From the NCBI GenBank assembly GCA_964588165.1, contig CAZPMS010000003.1:10031-74030 (forward strand): 64,000 bases of DNA. Reading direction: 5' to 3'. The notes below the pieces were generated by a model that saw only the letters and a program-made list of their open reading frames with translations, ran no database searches and was not told where the DNA came from. The stretch comes from an uncultured Gammaproteobacteria bacterium. GTDB taxonomy: Bacteria > Patescibacteriota > Patescibacteriia > UBA1558 > UBA10009. The first letter of the stretch is position 1. Every line of letters starts with the position of its first letter. Position numbers and translations under genes: made by a program. This document shows, one piece after another, positions 58,260 through 64,000 of the stretch.

Positions 58260-59679
58260 TTTTCTCAATTAAACAAAATATAATTGCGCTTGCCAGCATA
58301 ATAAAACCTATGCCTAAAGGATGGTTTAAATATGGGCTAAATGTATTGGTAACAACCAAGGCAGTAAGCGAAATGAAAATTATCACGCCTGTTGCACCTA
58401 TATTCAAGCTGTCTTTGGCTATTTTAATCAATAATCCAAAATAAGCAAGCAGGCCCAGTAATCCAATTTTAAGCCAAATATCCAGATAACCCCATTCAAA
58501 GGCATAAGTTGTGTAATTGCCGTCTGGATGTTGGTTCCTAATTCTTGGATCATCACTTACATAAGTAACTTCTGTGCCAAAGCCTGAACCTAAAATAGGC
58601 TTTTTAAAAATTGCAGTTGATAATGGTTTAAGCTGCTGCAACCGGCTAGCAGATGCGGGCCCCTCTTTCAACTGAGCTCCTCTTCCGATACTAATAGAGT
58701 TGAAGCCATCAAAAATAACTGAAAGTAAGCCAATTTCTATTACGATTACAATAATAATAACCAAAACTGTTTTAACAATTTTTTTTATAGAAAATTTATA
58801 TTTAACTATTAATAAAATAAACAACATTATCAATCCGCCGATTATACCCAGCCAAAAACTTCTGGATAGGCTAATTAGAATTACCAGGCTGGATAAAACC
58901 GAAATAATTATCAAAGGCACTTTATCTTTTTTTGAATATTTCTTTAAAATAAGCAAGGTTAAGGTAAATAAAAAACCAATCATCACATAAAAATGGGCTT
59001 GGAAAAATATTCTATAAAAATTATCGGTAACTTGGGTAACTTCGGCCACTCCACTATCTCGCAACCATTTATAAAAAACTTCTCCTATTTCAACGTATTT
59101 AAAAGCAAATAAAAACAGAAAGCTGATGGTTTTTAGGCATAAATAAAAAACTGAAGCCAATAAAATGATAAAAATATTGTTAACTACCCTGCCCTCTTTT
59201 ATTACGGCATAAAAAACAGGGACCATTAAAAAATATATCCAGCCATTAGCATCAAAAATCAGATTGCTTAATCCATTATTTAATAAACCATTGGTTGTTC
59301 CCAAAGTAATAAAAATAAAAATGGCTAAATAATAGGTCAGCCACTTTGTCTTAAAAAATTCTAAGGATTTGCCCCGTAAAACATTAAACAACCAAACTGC
59401 AAATATTACTGAAAATAAACCAATCCTTATAGAAAACCTTTCATCATCTATATCCAAAAAAAATAGATGCCCTTTGGAACCTATAAAAAGTTCGGCTAAA
59501 AATATATATAGTCCATATTCCAATTTTTTTAATGATAAAAACGCCGTTAAAGAACATATTAAGACAAAGGTGATAATATTAACTACTGTAAATTGGTGAG
59601 CTAAAAATGAAAGTATTTCAAAAATCAAAATTAAAACAAAGGTAATAGCAAATTTTTTTTCGAAAAGATTATTTAACAT
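58240..59679 (-). CDS. O-antigen ligase/polymerase (Wzy_C) family membrane protein
   Basis: Many TM helices; SLSRSFW, PILGSGFG and KIGLLG motifs. Confidence 0.8.
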   Translation of the reverse strand: MLNNLFEKKFAITFVLILIFEILSFLAHQFTVVNIITFVLICSLTAFLSLKKLEYGLYIFLAELFIGSKGHLFFLDIDDERFSIRIGLFSVIFAVWLFNVLRGKSLEFFKTKWLTYYLAIFIFITLGTTNGLLNNGLSNLIFDANGWIYFLMVPVFYAVIKEGRVVNNIFIILLASVFYLCLKTISFLFLFAFKYVEIGEVFYKWLRDSGVAEVTQVTDNFYRIFFQAHFYVMIGFLFTLTLLILKKYSKKDKVPLIIISVLSSLVILISLSRSFWLGIIGGLIMLFILLIVKYKFSIKKIVKTVLVIIIVIVIEIGLLSVIFDGFNSISIGRGAQLKEGPASASRLQQLKPLSTAIFKKPILGSGFGTEVTYVSDDPRIRNQHPDGNYTTYAFEWGYLDIWLKIGLLGLLAYFGLLIKIAKDSLNIGATGVIIFISLTALVVTNTFSPYLNHPLGIGFIMLASAIIFCLIEKNDERAN

Positions 59680-60508
59680 TCTTAGATTTTATTGAAGATA
59701 ATAATAAACTAACGGGTGAAAGAATTAAAACAATAAAATAAATAAATGGATTTTGGTGCTTAGCTATATAGCGTAACCTGCTTTTATTATAGATCCACTG
59801 TTTTTTAAGATTGAATAACTGCCTAAAACTTTGGCCTCCATAATGAATTATACTAACCTGGCTAAAAAATAAAATCTGGTAACCGGCTTTTTTAACACGC
59901 TTACAATAATCTACTTCTTCAAACCAAATATAATACTTTTCATCTAAATATCCAACTTGTTCAAAAACCTTTCTGCTAATTACAAAAAAAGCGCCCATAA
60001 CCTGGTCTACCTCGGCAGTCTTATTATAGTTGAAATCTTTTGCTAAATATTTTTTTAAAGGGAATAGATGGTGCAGCTTAAACATCATTACTAAATGGTC
60101 TAAAAACTTAGGAAACCTACGAACCGAAGCTTGCAGAGTTAAATCATGGTTTAATAATTTACAGCCTAAAACACCCACCTTAGAATTTGTATCCAAAAAA
60201 TCTATAACTTTCTTTAATGAATTATCTTTTAATTTAGTATCAGGATTTAACAACAATAAATATTTTCCGGAAGATTTTTTAATTCCTAAATTATTGGCTT
60301 TGGCAAAGCCTAAATTAATTTTATTGGCTATTAATTTTACCTGCGGAAAGCTTTGCCCTGCCATTTCTACCGTGCCATCGCCTGAATCATTATCTATTAC
60401 TATAACTTCAAAATTAATCTGACTGGTGTGTTCAAAAATAGACTCTAGACATTGCTTAAGTAAATCCTTTACCCTCCAAGATACAATGATAATTGATAAA
60501 TCCTTCAT
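59669..60508 (-). CDS. GT2 glycosyltransferase
   Basis: IDNDSGD, NLGFAKANN, LLNPD and FEEVDYC motifs. Confidence 0.92.
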   Translation of the reverse strand: MKDLSIIIVSWRVKDLLKQCLESIFEHTSQINFEVIVIDNDSGDGTVEMAGQSFPQVKLIANKINLGFAKANNLGIKKSSGKYLLLLNPDTKLKDNSLKKVIDFLDTNSKVGVLGCKLLNHDLTLQASVRRFPKFLDHLVMMFKLHHLFPLKKYLAKDFNYNKTAEVDQVMGAFFVISRKVFEQVGYLDEKYYIWFEEVDYCKRVKKAGYQILFFSQVSIIHYGGQSFRQLFNLKKQWIYNKSRLRYIAKHQNPFIYFIVLILSPVSLLLSSIKSKNVK

Positions 60509-60518
60509 ATTTATTATT

Positions 60519-61685
60519 TTATAATTTTTGTAATATCAAATCCATAATTCTCTCTACTCTTTTTAACCAACTATGATCCTTAATTATATTTAACCTCTTC
60601 TCCCTCAATTTTTCATTATCTTTAGAAATAGACTGGTTTATTAATTTATTAAACTGCTGGAAATCATCAGTAATTCCAATAAATTCTTTAAACATTTCTA
60701 CGCCTGATCCTTTGGTAGAAACTACCGGCTTGCCGCAAGCCAAATATTCATATATTTTCATGGGATTAGTTGATTCAACAAATTTATCTACCTTATGGGG
60801 AATTATTCCGACATCAAACTGCTGAATATACATAGGCACTTCTTGATAGCTTTTTCTGCCTAAAAAATAGATATTTTTATAAATTGAAAATTTATTTTTA
60901 ATTTCTTTGTACCAAACCGGACCTACCATTACAAATGATTTATCAGGATTTGTTTTTACCAAATATTCTAGCAGCTCTTGGTCCATTCTATCCTGGATTG
61001 TACCAACATAACCGATAATCGGTTTTGCTATCTCACCAATATCCCTGTTAACAACTGGGTAGTCTCCTTGATAATGCTTAAGGTCTACCCCATTGGGAAT
61101 CCAATGGACTTTTTCTCGGTTAGCATAAAGGCTTTGAAGTTCATCAGCCACTGTTAAAATTAAATTAGCTTTTTGGTCAATAATTTTATAATTTTCCTGT
61201 AACCTCTGTTTAAATTTTATATATGAAGGATGTTCAGACCAATTATCAACTGTATCAAATACAAACAGCTGGGGTTTGAGTTTTTCAAAATAATCCACCT
61301 CTAAGGGGTAATAAGACCAAACTATATAATCTTTAAAATTCAACTTTTTCAAAAACTTTTTTAATTCCTCATAAAATTTATTTTTTGAAAATATTGAAAG
61401 CACGGATGAATAAACAGTCAGCTGTTGATCAATCTCTATTGCTTTAGAAAAAGGGCTTCTAAAAACAACTTTGCTGTCTGAAATTTTTAAAATATTCTCT
61501 TTATAATTTTTTAAGCTTCTTTTAAAATTATGCGGCAAATAATCAATAGCAACAATCTTGCCAATTTTGCCATTGGCTCTTAAATTTTTCAAAATATGGA
61601 AATTGCGGTTCTGGATTCCCCTTTCCCATTCCGAAAAAGCGGACATATTAAATATTACGATATTTATTTTTTCATTTTTTTTCAT
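60519..61685 (-). CDS. GT-B glycosyltransferase (TuaH-like)
   Basis: IPNGVD, IGYVG and NPMKIYEYLACGKPVVS; true start likely MKKNEK, since the longer ORF runs through a repeat. Confidence 0.88.
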   Translation of the reverse strand: MKKNEKINIVIFNMSAFSEWERGIQNRNFHILKNLRANGKIGKIVAIDYLPHNFKRSLKNYKENILKISDSKVVFRSPFSKAIEIDQQLTVYSSVLSIFSKNKFYEELKKFLKKLNFKDYIVWSYYPLEVDYFEKLKPQLFVFDTVDNWSEHPSYIKFKQRLQENYKIIDQKANLILTVADELQSLYANREKVHWIPNGVDLKHYQGDYPVVNRDIGEIAKPIIGYVGTIQDRMDQELLEYLVKTNPDKSFVMVGPVWYKEIKNKFSIYKNIYFLGRKSYQEVPMYIQQFDVGIIPHKVDKFVESTNPMKIYEYLACGKPVVSTKGSGVEMFKEFIGITDDFQQFNKLINQSISKDNEKLREKRLNIIKDHSWLKRVERIMDLILQKL

Positions 61686-61706
61686 AGTTTTTTTGTCTGA
61701 GACTAG

Positions 61707-61797
61707 CCTGCGCCTGTCCGTGTCGTCCGTGGGTGCCTGTGTAAGTCCGTGACGGACAAACACGGACGACGCGGTCTTACACTGACCAACACGGACT
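61707..61797. repeat. GC-rich 9/10-mer-period inverted repeat element
   Basis: gtccgtgtcgtccgtg...gtccgtgacggacaaacacggacgacgcgg...cacggac. Confidence 0.75.
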
Positions 61798-62876
61798 TAA
61801 CTTAATTTATTATTTAATTTCTCCGCTTGAATTTCCCAATTAAATTTTTCCTTAATCATTTTTTGTCCATTTGAAGCAAGTTGATTGCCTTTTTTTTGAT
61901 CACTAAATAACTCAAAAATCTTTTGTGATAAATCCAAAACATTATCTGGAACTACCAATAAGCCGGTTTGATTATCAATTACTACCTCTGGAACGCCACC
62001 ACTATTTCCGGCAACCACAGGCAGCCCAAAACTTATAGCCTCCAAATAAACCATGCCAAAGCCTTCAACATCGCCATCAATATCCCTAGAAGACATTACA
62101 AACACATCAGCCAACTGATAATAAGTTGGTAACTCTTCGTCAGAAACACTTTTAATGATTTTTACATTGTCTTCTATTTTTAATTTTTGACTTATACTTT
62201 TTAAGTTTTTTTCGATTGGACCACTGCCGATAATTAAATATATCAAATTTGGGAAACTTTCTAAAAGCCGTGGCATAGCCTTAATAACCATATCCTGACC
62301 CTTTCTTTCTACCAATCTGCCAACTGTAAGTAAAACCTTTTTATCTTTAAGATTTAACTTCTCTTTGATTAACTCTATTTGATTATGGTTTATGGATTTT
62401 GGATTATTACTAATATGACAACCTGGATAAACTACTTCAACTTTATTATCATCAATATTGAGTTTTATTAATTCATTCTTTGTAAATTGACTGTTGCTGG
62501 TAATAAATTTAGCCTCTGCTAAAATCTTCTTCATTAACTTTTCTTTTTTTAAAGACTTTTGTGGCAACATAATATCCATACCATGGGTTGAAACAAAATA
62601 AGGAATCTTAAATTTCTTTTTAATTAAATAAGCTACGGTTCCAACAGGAAGAATTTGGCCAACCCAAATAATATCAGGACGATTTTTTTTGACTATTTTT
62701 TTTATCTCAAAATACAACTTCAGCCATTTTGGCCAAAAAAATTTGTAAAATGACTTTCCACTAGCTTTAAAAACTTCAACTTGATGATTATCAAGGTTTT
62801 TGACTAAATTATAATAATAATTCCCTACTCCACCCTTATCTGGCGGATATTCCATTGTTATCAATAATATTTTCAT
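61797..62876 (-). CDS. GT4 glycosyltransferase
   Basis: YPPDKGGV, VGRLVERKG and EGFGMVYLEA motifs; start taken at MKILL. Confidence 0.93.
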   Translation of the reverse strand: MKILLITMEYPPDKGGVGNYYYNLVKNLDNHQVEVFKASGKSFYKFFWPKWLKLYFEIKKIVKKNRPDIIWVGQILPVGTVAYLIKKKFKIPYFVSTHGMDIMLPQKSLKKEKLMKKILAEAKFITSNSQFTKNELIKLNIDDNKVEVVYPGCHISNNPKSINHNQIELIKEKLNLKDKKVLLTVGRLVERKGQDMVIKAMPRLLESFPNLIYLIIGSGPIEKNLKSISQKLKIEDNVKIIKSVSDEELPTYYQLADVFVMSSRDIDGDVEGFGMVYLEAISFGLPVVAGNSGGVPEVVIDNQTGLLVVPDNVLDLSQKIFELFSDQKKGNQLASNGQKMIKEKFNWEIQAEKLNNKLS

Positions 62877-63634
62877 GAAATCTTTTTTACCCAACCCTTT
62901 AAAATTTTCTTTATTTCATCTAAATGATTTTTGTCAACAAAAGTATGTGGCGCATCTTTAATAATATACATTTCTTTTTCTCCAATTAAATTATTATATA
63001 AATATTTATTTGCTTCCATAGCTTTATCATTATCTCCAACTATTATTATAACCGGCATCGTCAATTTTTCTATTTCGGGTATTAAATCATATTTTAACTT
63101 GTCTTCCATATGCGACCATGGCAATTTCGTTATTAGGTCTGGTCTAGTTGTACTTTTTCTACTTTGCCAACCCGTTTTTTTCCAATTCTCTATTTCTTCT
63201 TTTGCTCTTTGTTTTAGTGACAATTTACCAGAAACAGTAGTTGATATTGGTGCTAGCGCCTTTACACTTTCTGGAAATTTCTCTGCATATAAAGCCGTAC
63301 AAATTCCTCCCAAACTATGTCCAGCCAAAATAAATGGCTCCTGATACCATTTTTGCTCTTTTGACCAGCTAATAACATCTTCCAAATCTTCATAATAATT
63401 TGTTATAGTAGCATCTTCGTATTTACCGTCGCTTTCACCGAAAGTGTTAGTTGTATCAAATCTAACAACTGTATATCCGTTTTCAAAAAATGCTTCAGAA
63501 AAAACTTGTATATGATTCTGCTCTTTATAGCCACTGAGTCCATGCATAACAAAAGCCAAACCTTTTTGTTTATCATTTAGTTCCAGTAAAACAACAATAT
63601 TTTGCCCCTTACGATTTTTTATTGATATCTTCAT
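62873..63634 (-). CDS. Alpha/beta hydrolase inserted in the polysaccharide cluster
   Basis: HG, GESDG, GHSLGG nucleophile elbow and HTF motifs; start taken at MKISI. Confidence 0.88.
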   Translation of the reverse strand: MKISIKNRKGQNIVVLLELNDKQKGLAFVMHGLSGYKEQNHIQVFSEAFFENGYTVVRFDTTNTFGESDGKYEDATITNYYEDLEDVISWSKEQKWYQEPFILAGHSLGGICTALYAEKFPESVKALAPISTTVSGKLSLKQRAKEEIENWKKTGWQSRKSTTRPDLITKLPWSHMEDKLKYDLIPEIEKLTMPVIIIVGDNDKAMEANKYLYNNLIGEKEMYIIKDAPHTFVDKNHLDEIKKILKGWVKKIS

Positions 63635-64000
63635 AAACTTCTTTCCTTTTTTACAAAACTTCGCCACAACAACAAGCAATCGTCTTTAGTGTAGCCTTTT
63701 ATTAAATATAGAATTCCAAAATAGATTAAACCTCCAAGTGGAATCAATAAAATAAAATTAACGAATGATAAAAGATAAATAATAGCCAAATACATTAGTA
63801 AGCCGGAGAAAATGATTTTAGTGAATTTGCCAGCCAAAAACTTGCCGGAAAATGGCGTAATTTGTTTGGCCACATAAAACTGCAGTAAAAACATTAGAAA
63901 TGTACTAATTGATGAAGCAATGGCCGCACCAACATAACTGTATTTAGGAATTAAGATTACATTAAGGATTATGTTTGCCAGCATTACGATTCCAATATGG
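63631..64000 (-). CDS. Wzx/RfbX-type flippase, C-terminal part (5' end outside window)
   Basis: NIILNVILIPKYSYVGAAIAS motif and TM helices. Confidence 0.85.
   Translation of the reverse strand, partial: HIGIVMLANIILNVILIPKYSYVGAAIASSISTFLMFLLQFYVAKQITPFSGKFLAGKFTKIIFSGLLMYLAIIYLLSFVNFILLIPLGGLIYFGILYLIKGYTKDDCLLLWRSFVKKERSL

Noticed and set aside
61686-61763. N-terminal extension MFVRHGLTQAPTDDTDRRR of the glycosyltransferase
   Set aside because: It is translated from the GC-rich intergenic repeat; the real start is likely at 61685.
329-63344. Numerous antisense or overlapping ORFs in the track (e.g. 329-679, 11822-12442, 23214-23735, 52372-52794)
   Set aside because: They are shadow frames of well-supported genes and have no motifs or RBS.
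1-64000. Alternative genetic code (UGA=Gly, as in Gracilibacteria/Absconditabacteria)
   Set aside because: Conserved genes are full length under code 11, and TGA ends genes at plausible positions (e.g. 39687, 56432).

Overview
AT-rich bacterial chromosome segment read in genetic code 11. Gene content strongly suggests a CPR/Patescibacteria (Parcubacteria-like) genome; this is inference. The backbone is housekeeping: a dcw cluster (mraY, murD, ftsW, murG, murC, murB, later ftsQ/ddl/alr), secA, secD (with a parvulin insertion), secF, def/fmt, gltX, serS, lysS, an archaeal-type nucleoside-salvage set (R15P isomerase, form III-like RuBisCO, AMP phosphorylase) and a glycosyltransferase/flippase cluster. 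The unusual signal is between these genes. (1) At 55.4-56.45 kb there is a tandem array of five ORF-less units, each with a promoter, a structured RNA and a terminator; units 2 and 3 share covarying helices. Further orphan structured RNAs lie near 9.2, 14.0 and 20.0 kb. (2) Many self-contained TTGACA-promoter/strong-SD/orphan-ORF/terminator mini-cassettes are present, some joined by near-identical junction repeats. (3) Diverged, stranded copies of host gene 3' ends flank inserted cargo. (4) Several dif/pdif-like 28-bp sites occur, the best one where gene orientation converges. (5) Degenerate 7/8-mer repeats are inserted in frame in essential genes. No tRNA, rRNA, CRISPR array, integrase or transposase was recognised. 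All product calls and RNA folds were made by eye, without database searches.
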